Positions 46,212 to 55,161 of a stretch of 64,000 bases of DNA are shown piece after piece. Made by a program: the position numbers and the translations under genes. This DNA comes from an uncultured Pseudomonadota bacterium (lineage in GTDB: Bacteria > Oederibacteriota > Muellerivitia > Muellerivitales > Muellerivitaceae): the NCBI GenBank assembly GCA_963836235.1, contig CAWIIP010000005.1:267479-331478 (forward strand), read 5' to 3'. Numbering within the stretch: position 1 is the first letter of the stretch; every line of letters begins with the position of its first letter. Under the pieces are notes generated by a model that searched no databases, had not been told where the DNA came from, and worked only from the letters and a program-made list of their open reading frames with translations.

Positions 46212-46249
46212 CCCTGGACAAAATAAAAAATATTTTTTTAATGTGGGTT

Positions 46250-46672
46250 TTACGGAGTTTTTGCGGGGGAACGGGATTGCCACTCGGCCAAACCTAAAAC
46301 GACAAGAAACCAAATGTAGCTTCCCACTGCGGCTAAAAGACAAGCTATCGAAATGTATAAAAGAAAGCGACAAACACTTGCCAATACCATCCAGCGGATG
46401 ATATTCCAAAACCAAAAACGCTTTCGACCCTTCTCTCCTAACTCCAAAATTTTCACAGTCAAAGACTGCAGCATATAAAGATTAAGGGTTGACAGAAGGC
46501 TCCCGATAAAAAACCCCAAGGCGATGTCTTTTTTTCCAAAAAAAAAGGTACCGATAGCCGCCCCCAGTCCCCCCACTAGATTCGCCACCACGACAAACAA
46601 TATCCAATGCGAAGTTTGGCGCGAATCAGAAAGGGACTTGGCCCTGTAGCGGTTGAGGGCTGGAGTAGTCAT
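46250..46672 (-). CDS. atpI: ATP synthase subunit I-like membrane protein
   Basis: Four TMs, G..LS.LN, RW; position before atpB. Confidence 0.75.
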   Translation of the reverse strand: MTTPALNRYRAKSLSDSRQTSHWILFVVVANLVGGLGAAIGTFFFGKKDIALGFFIGSLLSTLNLYMLQSLTVKILELGEKGRKRFWFWNIIRWMVLASVCRFLLYISIACLLAAVGSYIWFLVVLGLAEWQSRSPAKTP

Positions 46673-46908
46673 GGGGTCGGTGGTTTTTTTTGATCGTGTC
46701 CGAGGGTTTTCAAATCCTGAAACAGGACAAAATAACTCGTCAACACGCCGAAGAAAAAACCCGCCATCATCACCCAATCGCCCAGGTGCAAGAATCTTTT
46801 CAACAGCCAGCCAAGCCCCAATCCCGCGAAGGTGCAAAGAACGAAATTTATCCCGAGGGTGGAGAGTCGTAGGAGATTGGCGCCGGTGGATAATTTTCCC
46901 TTGTCCAT
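46669..46908 (-). CDS. AtpZ/AtpQ (ATPase gene 1) family protein
   Basis: LGI.FV....G.GLGW.L...GFFFG pattern; operon position. Confidence 0.8.
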   Translation of the reverse strand: MDKGKLSTGANLLRLSTLGINFVLCTFAGLGLGWLLKRFLHLGDWVMMAGFFFGVLTSYFVLFQDLKTLGHDQKKPPTP

Positions 46909-47180
46909 TGACCGTCCTTTTCAATATGGAAAGCCGCCTTAATGTACACATCCTCGGGCTTCAAAACGGACTCGGCCTTGGACCGGTCTTCTTTCACGAT
47001 CACCAACCCCAAGCCGCAATCATCCTGGATATCCCGGGGCCGGGGGATCAACTTGAAGCGCATGCGGCGGTCCTTCAAAATCGACTCCGCGTGCATGGTT
47101 TCGTGGGTAGTGTGAAACAACAGGACAAAATGCTTATCCGTTAACGCCAATCGGCCGGAAGGAGACTGGGGCGTCGACAT
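46848..47180 (-). CDS. DUF3343 family protein
   Basis: F.TTH..M.AE..LK, IPRPR.I...CGL. Confidence 0.8.
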   Translation of the reverse strand: MSTPQSPSGRLALTDKHFVLLFHTTHETMHAESILKDRRMRFKLIPRPRDIQDDCGLGLVIVKEDRSKAESVLKPEDVYIKAAFHIEKDGQWTRENYPPAPISYDSPPSG

Positions 47181-47243
47181 CTCGGCTCCTTTTATCAAAA
47201 GCGAGGGAGAATCATCCCTGACAGAAGTTGGAACAGGAGGCCT

Positions 47244-47735
47244 CTAAGTCTGTCCTGGAAAATTAAAGTCCTTGGGCGAAAGATTTTCCAGAAATTTTTT
47301 AAACTCGCTCATTTCCTCTTTATATTTTTCCTTATCCACAATGGTAGCGTTCACCACCACTTTTTCAGCGACAAAAATAGGGGAGCCAGTTCGAAGGGCC
47401 AAGGCAATGGCATCGGAAGGGCGGGCATCAATCTCGGTCTTTTCAGTCGCGCCGGGAACTTCTAAAAAAACGCGGGCGAAGAACGTGTTTTGGTGTATGT
47501 CGTTCACGAGCACTTTGGTTACTTTAGCTCCCAAAGTGTCGATGATATTTTTTAAAAGATCATGGGTCATAGGCCGGGGAATGACCTGTTCCTGAAGTTG
47601 GATAAAAATAGCGGTGGCTTCCGCGACTCCAATGGGAATGGGCAAATAGCGTTTTTCTTCCTCGTCCGTCAAAATAACCATTGGGATCTTTAATCCTGGA
47701 TCAACCGCGATCCCCCTTACTTTCATTTCGATCAT
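47244..47735 (-). CDS. Bifunctional nuclease family (DUF151) protein, copy 2
   Basis: LPI.IG..EA, RPMTHDL, DARPSDAIALA. Confidence 0.92.
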   Translation of the reverse strand: MIEMKVRGIAVDPGLKIPMVILTDEEEKRYLPIPIGVAEATAIFIQLQEQVIPRPMTHDLLKNIIDTLGAKVTKVLVNDIHQNTFFARVFLEVPGATEKTEIDARPSDAIALALRTGSPIFVAEKVVVNATIVDKEKYKEEMSEFKKFLENLSPKDFNFPGQT

Positions 47736-48235
47736 GGCTTATTCTTTCGGGGAATTTTAAAATCAGTGGGAGAGAGATGCTCAAGGAATTTTTTGAAATG
47801 AGCCATTTCTTCCTTGTTTTTTTCCTTATCCACGACGGTGACACCGGGGGCAACAACTACCTTTTCGGCCACGAAAATGGGGGAACCTGTGCGTAAGGCC
47901 AGGGCAATGGCATCGGAGGATCGGGCGTCCATATCCATTTTTTCGCCCGTCTCCGTCCGCTCAAGGAAAATACGGGCAAAAAATGTATTCTGATTGATGT
48001 CATTCACCAATACCTTAACCACTTTTGCTCCCAATGCTTCAACGACATTCTTGATGAGGTCGTGGGACATGGGCCTAACCACGGCTTGGTCACTTAATTG
48101 GATAAAGATGGCGGTAGCTTCCGGCACCCCAATACAAATGGGCAGGCATATCTTTTCGGCTTGATCGGTCAGGACCACCATGGGCTGTTTACAGTCTTGA
48201 TCCATTGCGATTCCCCGGACTTTCATTTCAATCAT
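47732..48235 (-). CDS. Bifunctional nuclease family (DUF151) protein, copy 1
   Basis: RPMSHDL, DARSSDAIALA; ATGA overlap with copy 2. Confidence 0.92.
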   Translation of the reverse strand: MIEMKVRGIAMDQDCKQPMVVLTDQAEKICLPICIGVPEATAIFIQLSDQAVVRPMSHDLIKNVVEALGAKVVKVLVNDINQNTFFARIFLERTETGEKMDMDARSSDAIALALRTGSPIFVAEKVVVAPGVTVVDKEKNKEEMAHFKKFLEHLSPTDFKIPRKNKP

Positions 48236-48414
48236 GGCTCAACTCCATCTCATCAACCAAATATGGTTTCACATGTTATTTTGAGAAGCAATCACCGGCA
48301 TTTTCAAGGGTAGGGGTCAACCAACCAAAGGGCAAGAGATATAATAATTTAATTATAAGCCCGGCCAGGGCTGCTTTCAACGTGGACAGCCAAAAAAGAA
48401 TTTTAAAATTCGGA

Positions 48415-48996
48415 TTACTTTGTTTTTTTCTTCAAGTCCGTTTCACTGAAAACTTGCGCCTCAAAACCAAAAAGATTTATTTTTTCCTTCCAGGCATTCT
48501 CCGAAAGGCCCGCCTTGACGCAGGTTTGCTCCAAAAAAGTTTGCGCGTCCCAATGGTATTCCATCGCCACCTGGGGAAGAAGAAGTCCCGAACGGTTCCC
48601 ACGGCTGACGATCAAACCATGAACACCCACTTGAATTTGCGAGAGTTCTATTGCCTTCGGAACTGTTAAAACGGAAATCTCTATCTCCATCTGGGCCAGT
48701 TCCTCCACCCGAACGGGAGGAAAGCGCGGATCCTGAAAAGCGGCGCTGATGGCGGCTTCCTGTACCGCTTCCGCCAGGGATTTTACTGGATAAGGAAACC
48801 CGATACAGCCACGCAACTCTTCCATCCAAAGGGTCACAAAAGTCCCCCGTTTCTCCCGCAAAAGGGGTGAAAGGGACTCTACTACGGGAAGCCGCCGCCC
48901 CTTTTGGAGGGTCGTCTGGATCGAATGGCGGGCTAACTCTAATAGGATCTTCTGATCTGTTAATGAAATCACTTCACTGGGGTTCATTCGATCCAT
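48415..48996 (-). CDS. amrA: AmmeMemoRadiSam system protein A (AMMECR1)
   Basis: GTFVTL..LRGCIG, DPRF, GLLLPQV, KAG. Confidence 0.93.
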   Translation of the reverse strand: MDRMNPSEVISLTDQKILLELARHSIQTTLQKGRRLPVVESLSPLLREKRGTFVTLWMEELRGCIGFPYPVKSLAEAVQEAAISAAFQDPRFPPVRVEELAQMEIEISVLTVPKAIELSQIQVGVHGLIVSRGNRSGLLLPQVAMEYHWDAQTFLEQTCVKAGLSENAWKEKINLFGFEAQVFSETDLKKKTK

Positions 48997-48999
48997 CCC

Positions 49000-49833
49000 T
49001 CACCGGCAAAAAGCCACGGCCGAATAGCCAACCACCCGGGTTTGGTCGCCGGTGACATCACCCGAATTTCGATAATCCAACAGCTTGATCTTATCCGCCT
49101 TCATTCCGTCGGCGAATCTAAGCAACGTGGATACCGGTTCCCTACCGCAATGGGTGCAATGGTAATCGGGATAACCCCGGCCCATAATCCTGCTGTCCGT
49201 TTGATCCACTTTTTTCTCGTCACCCGTCAATAAAGCTTCCAATAACTCGTGGTCGGCCTTCACCGCCGTTTCGTAATCGGGATAGTGGGAAAGGTCGGAA
49301 GAAGCGATGAAAAGAAATTTCTTCTTTTGCGAAAGGGCTAAAAGGGCTCTTACAAGGGGCTTAACCGCCTGTTCCACTCCTTGTCCCATCACTAGTGGAA
49401 CCACTTTAGCCTTGGGTAAATAGGTTTGAATTAAGGGAAGATGTACTTCCACCGAATGCTCACGGGAAAAAGCTATCGGAATTTCGGCGATAGCCGCATC
49501 GAAATCCATCAAAAATCTGGCGGTTTCCTGATCCACCGGCAATTCCCCAAGGGGTGTTACCACCGATTCACCGGCGAAGACCGAAACACCTCGGAAAGGA
49601 ACGTAATGGCTGGGACCGGCCACGATCACCGTTTCGAACGGACTGGTCAGAGACCGGTAGCCCAGGGCAGCCACCGACCCGGAATAGGCGTATCCCGCAT
49701 GGGGTAAGAGAAAAGCCACGGGCTCACCCTCCAGTGGGGGGGCTTTTTCTTTTTCAAAGGACTTCAAAACGGCCGAAAGTGCTTTCCGGTTTCCTGGATA
49801 AAACTGACCCGCCACCGCCGGTTGAAGTTTCAT
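49000..49833 (-). CDS. amrB: AmmeMemoRadiSam system protein B (MEMO1)
   Basis: AGQFYP, PHAGY.YSG, EHSVEV, SSDLSHY, CG, NSGD, VGY. Confidence 0.93.
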   Translation of the reverse strand: MKLQPAVAGQFYPGNRKALSAVLKSFEKEKAPPLEGEPVAFLLPHAGYAYSGSVAALGYRSLTSPFETVIVAGPSHYVPFRGVSVFAGESVVTPLGELPVDQETARFLMDFDAAIAEIPIAFSREHSVEVHLPLIQTYLPKAKVVPLVMGQGVEQAVKPLVRALLALSQKKKFLFIASSDLSHYPDYETAVKADHELLEALLTGDEKKVDQTDSRIMGRGYPDYHCTHCGREPVSTLLRFADGMKADKIKLLDYRNSGDVTGDQTRVVGYSAVAFCR

Positions 49834-49924
49834 GGAACTACTATAAATGGAGAGTTCACGGCAAAGAAAGGGAAAGCCGGATTAAAAGGAAAAAGTCCGA
49901 CTTCCGGATTTTTTCAGCATTCGG

Positions 49925-50500
49925 TTAAGCGGTTTGAAGAAACTTGGAGATTTTATCGCGGGTATAGGGCCAAGCGCCCTCAGGCAAAACCGGCATGGAT
50001 CCCGCAGTGAACATGGAAGTTTCCAAGGGCACCCAGGATTTACAGCCTTCATAAGAAGGCTTCACGGGAAGGTCCATGGGTAAAGGCAGGGAATAAACCC
50101 GGACGATGAAGACATAAACACCTTGCCAGTCCCCATAATTAAAGCGTTTCTCGATCGCTTCATCACTCATGACCGTGAAAGGGATTAGCCTTTTGCAGGT
50201 CTCCCAATCGGTGACTTTTTCCACTTTTTCCGCGATGGCGTAAAGCCGGAAATGGATGCGCTTGGGGTCCTTATTCTCCTTCTCAATAGCGGGAAGACGG
50301 GGACGCCAATCGGACTTGATATCCGCGGCTGATTCATGTTCAAAGGTGGGATAAAGGAAAAACTCAGGATGCTCGGGTTTGAACACCCCTCCCTCTTCCT
50401 GGATGCCGCCTTTGCGCAGAAGGATGGTCTGCTTTCCTTCCTCCAAGGCCTTCAAGACGACAGCCCACTCTTTTAACGCTATGTTATTTTGAAGTTTCAT
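49925..50500 (-). CDS. DUF1802 family protein
   Basis: ALKEW, LLRKGGI.E, YPTFEH, GCKSW. Confidence 0.9.
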   Translation of the reverse strand: MKLQNNIALKEWAVVLKALEEGKQTILLRKGGIQEEGGVFKPEHPEFFLYPTFEHESAADIKSDWRPRLPAIEKENKDPKRIHFRLYAIAEKVEKVTDWETCKRLIPFTVMSDEAIEKRFNYGDWQGVYVFIVRVYSLPLPMDLPVKPSYEGCKSWVPLETSMFTAGSMPVLPEGAWPYTRDKISKFLQTA

Positions 50501-50555
50501 AAGAATAAGATTATGTGGATTCTAGAAGTAACTTTCAAGGGTTAAAGGCTTGACG

Positions 50556-51434
50556 CTAACCCGAAAAAGCCATAAGGATGACACCCGCCACCACGATCAG
50601 GGTTCCGCCCAAAACTTCGGGCCAGGCGGAAAAAGAAAACTCTTTGAATACAAAAAGGGACCAGGCGGCGTAAACAAGACCGCTGGAGTTCACGATAGGA
50701 ACCGCGCGCGAAAGTCCCAAACCATCGATCGCCAATAGAAAACAAGCCATCCCGACCGCCCAGAGGAAGGTGGTCGTTCCACCCATCGCGACATTTCGGA
50801 TGCTCCAATCCTTTCTGCGGCAAAAGAAAAAGAGAACCAATGCGGGCAGCGTTCCCCCCAGGGCCAGTCCGCTCAAAGCATCGAGAGCCGAAAGCGTGGG
50901 CTGGGGGTCCCAAACCTGGGCTGCCTTTATTGGCGTAAAATAAAGACCCCAAAAAAAACCTGCCAATATTCCCATCAAAATCCCTTTTTCCAGGTTTCCC
51001 TCTTTAGATGGTGCAGCGGAAATCCGGGCCACCCACCAAGCCCCTACAAAAAGCAGCACCCCGCCTGCTAACAGGTAGAGATAGGCCCTTAAACCCGAGG
51101 CTTCATGAAAGACCAGTAAACCAAAGGCGATATTGATAAAGGAATTGAAATTAAACAGTACCGAAGCCTTGGCAAGGCTCACTTCCTCCAGCGCCAAGTT
51201 GGCGAGGGTTTGGCCGGTCACCCAAAGCAGGCCCGAAAGAATCGAAGCCCAAAACCACTTGGGATGCTGCCAAAGGGCTTGCAGAGAGGGATGTCTCACG
51301 ATATCCATTAAAACCATTCCCAGCCCCATGAAGGGCATGAACTTCAGTCCCTTGGACGTAGAGAAACGTACCGGGACCATGTAACTTCCGATGCAGGCAA
51401 AAGCGGCCAGAGCGTAAAGATAGCCTATCGACAT
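50556..51434 (-). CDS. DMT-superfamily (GlcU/GRP-like) sugar transporter
   Basis: About 10 TMs in two repeats; SGLLW..GQ, GLSRAVP, F.E motifs. Confidence 0.75.
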   Translation of the reverse strand: MSIGYLYALAAFACIGSYMVPVRFSTSKGLKFMPFMGLGMVLMDIVRHPSLQALWQHPKWFWASILSGLLWVTGQTLANLALEEVSLAKASVLFNFNSFINIAFGLLVFHEASGLRAYLYLLAGGVLLFVGAWWVARISAAPSKEGNLEKGILMGILAGFFWGLYFTPIKAAQVWDPQPTLSALDALSGLALGGTLPALVLFFFCRRKDWSIRNVAMGGTTTFLWAVGMACFLLAIDGLGLSRAVPIVNSSGLVYAAWSLFVFKEFSFSAWPEVLGGTLIVVAGVILMAFSG

Positions 51435-51454
51435 CTTTTATCCTTAAAAGGGTT

Positions 51455-52813
51455 CTACCGAACCCCAACCGATAATATTTTCGCCACACGTCGCAATAAG
51501 ATAAAGTTCACGATCCTTAACCCCATCATGACCCACAACAGCGATTCCGGCGAAACATGCCCATAAAGTAACCCCGCCACCGAAACCGTTACCAGTCCTA
51601 TCTGGATAAAAGCCGAGGAAGCCGCCACGACTTTCGCTCTTTCCTTTTCTTCAATGACGTTCATCCACACGGCCGCGCTCACTGAGTTGTAGAGGGATCC
51701 GCCCGCGGCCGATAAGCAATAAGAAAGCAGGCAGACCAAAAAAACATTCCCGCTTCCCCTTCCCCAGGCCAAAAGCACGGCAAAAGCCGCCAAACCCAGC
51801 AGTTGGTCCAAACCAAGGATTTTGAGGACTTGCTTATGGGAGAGATTGGGAATGATGAAAAAAACTGTGAGGAATGCTGCGTAAGCGGACCCAATTCCAA
51901 ACACCGAAAGATTCGAGTCTTTCATCCCCAGGTGATCGACGAAATAAAGGGAAAAGTAAATGGTCCAGGCGGCCAGCATCCATTCGTCCAGAAATTTGGA
52001 GAAAAAGAAGGTGGCGGAAGCGGGTTTTTTAAAGAATTGCCCCAAGGCCTTTCGGTATTGGCCTAGTCCCTCGCCGAAAACATTCAACCAGGACTCGGGT
52101 GATTTCTCGAAAACTTTGGACTCCGGCAATTTTTTCCATCGCCATCCGATGCCCAAGGCGACAAGCAAGGTGTATAGCCAGTACATTTCATGATTGGCTT
52201 GTCCTAAGCCCCTCCCTTCCACCCAGAACCCGCCCAGGAGTGGAAAAAATAACAAGTAAGGCGCCAGGTTCACCATTTGAAGAACGGTAAAAACCGAAGC
52301 TCTTTGCTTGGGTTTGACTCCTTCCACCAGCAGGCATTGATAAGGCACACCTGAGCCCGCGTTGATCGCCATGAATAAAATGGCGGCGATGCACCACCAT
52401 TTGTTGGTGGCCAGCGCCAGGCACAGGCAATAGCCGCCCCAACTGATGATGTCAAAAAGAATCAGGCTCTTTTTCCGGCTCCAAACATCCGATAGGTAAC
52501 CACCCAGGAAAAGGCACAAAGGGCCCAAACACCTGGCCAGGGAGGGATAAACGGAAACTTCCGTCTTCGAAAGTCCCAATTCCACCATATAAAGGCTCAA
52601 GTAATACTGCACCATGGCGCCGGGAATGACCCAAAGCACTCCCGCGTAAATAGTGACCACCTGGCGCGGGGGGAGTTTCGAAAATATCTCACGAACCCGC
52701 CCCCCCTGCCGTCCCAAAAGAAGCAACGGTTTTCTTAATAGATATTCATAGCTTTCCTCGCTCACGTCCTGCAGGGAGGAAAGAAAGGAATTAAAAGGGT
52801 CTCCGACACTCAT
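51455..52813 (-). CDS. MFS transporter
   Basis: GGYLSDVWSRKK motif A; about 12 TMs. Confidence 0.85.
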   Translation of the reverse strand: MSVGDPFNSFLSSLQDVSEESYEYLLRKPLLLLGRQGGRVREIFSKLPPRQVVTIYAGVLWVIPGAMVQYYLSLYMVELGLSKTEVSVYPSLARCLGPLCLFLGGYLSDVWSRKKSLILFDIISWGGYCLCLALATNKWWCIAAILFMAINAGSGVPYQCLLVEGVKPKQRASVFTVLQMVNLAPYLLFFPLLGGFWVEGRGLGQANHEMYWLYTLLVALGIGWRWKKLPESKVFEKSPESWLNVFGEGLGQYRKALGQFFKKPASATFFFSKFLDEWMLAAWTIYFSLYFVDHLGMKDSNLSVFGIGSAYAAFLTVFFIIPNLSHKQVLKILGLDQLLGLAAFAVLLAWGRGSGNVFLVCLLSYCLSAAGGSLYNSVSAAVWMNVIEEKERAKVVAASSAFIQIGLVTVSVAGLLYGHVSPESLLWVMMGLRIVNFILLRRVAKILSVGVR

Positions 52814-53086
52814 CGATTAAACCTCAAAATAAATTCGAACCTTCGATTTCTCGGGGTTGATAAAGCTTCTAAAAAAAGAACCGGAGCGCGAGATTCTTTG
52901 ACGCTCTAAATGCGGCGGTATTTTATCAGATCAAGGTTCATTGGCTTCTAAGTTTCATTCAAAGCGGCAAAAACACTTTCTCATATTTCGGCAATCTCTC
53001 GTTCCACATTTAAAACCCTCCAAGGATGGCATATAAGCGACGGGTTCAATAAAGTTTCGCCATCAAGTCATCGATAAAGAATCAAT

Positions 53087-55108
53087 GTGTTTAAATACAG
53101 GGTGTTCTTTCCTAGAATGATGGAAGTTATGGATAATTTTTCGGGCTTTCCCCGTTTTCTTCAATCTTCACGATCTTTCCCTCAAAATCCTTGGATTTAT
53201 TTCTCGATTTTTGTTTTTACAAATAGCTTGCTGTCTTATGGAAACGGAAGTTTCCGGGTCAATCTTTGGCTATTCTTCCTGGGTCTCGTAATCCCGATGG
53301 CTATGGCTTTCGCCTCTAAATTGCGGCCTTCTTCCGCCCCCATACACCAAGCGGAACTTTTGGATTCCATTCCTACTTGGTTCTGTTGGACGATCTGCGG
53401 CGCGGCCCTCATTTTGCGAATAGGACAATTGACTTTTTGGGCCCAATGGCCGGCCAGCGACAGTTCCCTTTGCGCTTCCTATTCGATGGAACTTTCCGAG
53501 AAATGGTTTTGGCGTTTTTTTTTCGCTCACGCCCAAAATCCGGCGGTTTTCAATTGGGGCTTGGCGGTCTTTTATAAAATTTTCACGCCCGGCCTTTTTC
53601 CGACCCGCCTCTATCCCCTGCTGATTTCAGCCTTAGTGATGGGGGCAACTTATTGGTCCGCCCGTACTTATTTTTCAAAATCCCTCTCCATGTTCTGCCT
53701 GATGGTTTCGGCGACGGGGTTTTGGATCCTTTACGCCGGGGAATTTTGTTTCCCCCACATCCTCGCGCTATTGTGGCAAATACTGGGTTTGGGATTCTTG
53801 GGACGCTTGGCCCTTTCCGCTTCCCCCAGGGACGTTCAAAAAAACGCGGCCTTTCTCGGCCTGGTCATGGGCACTGGGTTTTTTATCGGTATTGGCTGGC
53901 CGATCGTCTTTTTTGGCGTCATCCTCGCCTTGGCGGGTTTATGGCTTCCCACAACGTCGAGAATATCCTTTCTTTCTTTTTCCATTCCATTTGTCACCTG
54001 TTTACTATTGTTCCTGTGGGCGGGAGCCCATGAGCATTACGGGCAACATCTTCGAAGCCTTTGGATTTTAAAATCCGAATCGGCTTCAACTTTTAAATGG
54101 TCCGACTTGGGATCGAATTTGACAGCCCTATTCTGGCGTAATTTAAGCGGCGGATTCGGCCCCCATTGGGGCGGAATGTGGAATCCACTCTTATCCTCTT
54201 TTTTCTTTTTGGGATTGGTGGAGTTTAAGAATGTGAGCCTTTCCCCTTTTCTAAAATGGCTTTTATTTGGCCTGCTAATAGGAATCGCTCCCGGGTTTCT
54301 ATCGAGTGGTTTTGACATTTTCCGACTGATCCATTCCGTCCCATTTCAAGCGATCATCGCCGGTTTGGGTTTTCAACGGCTCTTGGAACCTATTCCCGCT
54401 CCCCAGCGAATTCGATGGTTCCTTCCGCTTTTCTTGGCCTCGACTTGCCTCGATTCCTTTCACATTCAAACTCCCGCGCTTGCGAACCTCAATACGGAAA
54501 ACCTGTCAAAAGCTTATGACATCCTTAAAAATACTACCCGGTCCAACGGTCCCGGTTTCATCCTGACGGACCTGACTCCCTTGAATTGGGACCATTCGCT
54601 GGACTTGGCCGTTTATCCCTTTAACATGATCACGAATAAACGAATAGTGGTTTCCGCCACCCGCTGGGTGGCCATCCTGGTAAATCAGGATTATCTTCCC
54701 TTTCTCAATCGTCGATTAAGCGACGTTCAATGGTACGACTTGGGAAATGATGGCTTGGGCGAAGAGGGCGATCGTTTCTTGGGCGTTATAACCATTCAAC
54801 CGACAAATGCCGCTATTTGCGCCCCATGGTTGAATGCTGATATTTATTTCCGGAAGGTTAATTTTGAATTTTTGAACAATCTTCCTTTTGAACCGCTGGA
54901 AACCTTGGTTCAAAAGTTGGAACAAATCCCTCTTGGGAAAAATCCGGACCCTTTTTTGGAATCCTGTCTCTGCGAAAAGGTCCTTTTCTTGATGCCGGAG
55001 AATAATCCCTCGCGGATTTTACCGGTGGCCCAATTGGCCCTCGAAAGGGGCTTCAACCTTCCCCTTTTCTCGTGGTTTAAAAAAAGAGCCGAAAGCCTTG
55101 GAAATTAA
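53087..55108 (+). CDS. GT-C fold (GT39/ArnT-like) membrane glycosyltransferase, paralogue 1
   Basis: WP..D loop, QNPA, R.YP; many TMs; periplasmic C-terminal domain. Confidence 0.75.
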   Translation: MFKYRVFFPRMMEVMDNFSGFPRFLQSSRSFPQNPWIYFSIFVFTNSLLSYGNGSFRVNLWLFFLGLVIPMAMAFASKLRPSSAPIHQAELLDSIPTWFCWTICGAALILRIGQLTFWAQWPASDSSLCASYSMELSEKWFWRFFFAHAQNPAVFNWGLAVFYKIFTPGLFPTRLYPLLISALVMGATYWSARTYFSKSLSMFCLMVSATGFWILYAGEFCFPHILALLWQILGLGFLGRLALSASPRDVQKNAAFLGLVMGTGFFIGIGWPIVFFGVILALAGLWLPTTSRISFLSFSIPFVTCLLLFLWAGAHEHYGQHLRSLWILKSESASTFKWSDLGSNLTALFWRNLSGGFGPHWGGMWNPLLSSFFFLGLVEFKNVSLSPFLKWLLFGLLIGIAPGFLSSGFDIFRLIHSVPFQAIIAGLGFQRLLEPIPAPQRIRWFLPLFLASTCLDSFHIQTPALANLNTENLSKAYDILKNTTRSNGPGFILTDLTPLNWDHSLDLAVYPFNMITNKRIVVSATRWVAILVNQDYLPFLNRRLSDVQWYDLGNDGLGEEGDRFLGVITIQPTNAAICAPWLNADIYFRKVNFEFLNNLPFEPLETLVQKLEQIPLGKNPDPFLESCLCEKVLFLMPENNPSRILPVAQLALERGFNLPLFSWFKKRAESLGN

Positions 55109-55161
55109 CGACAATGATGGGTATCGTCCTATCTCACAAAACCATTTCATAGGCTGAAAAA

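Noticed and set aside
47332-47340. Perfect DnaA box TTATCCACA (near-matches at 6046 and 27686) suggesting oriC
   Set aside because: Isolated, inside a CDS, no cluster and no dnaA in the window
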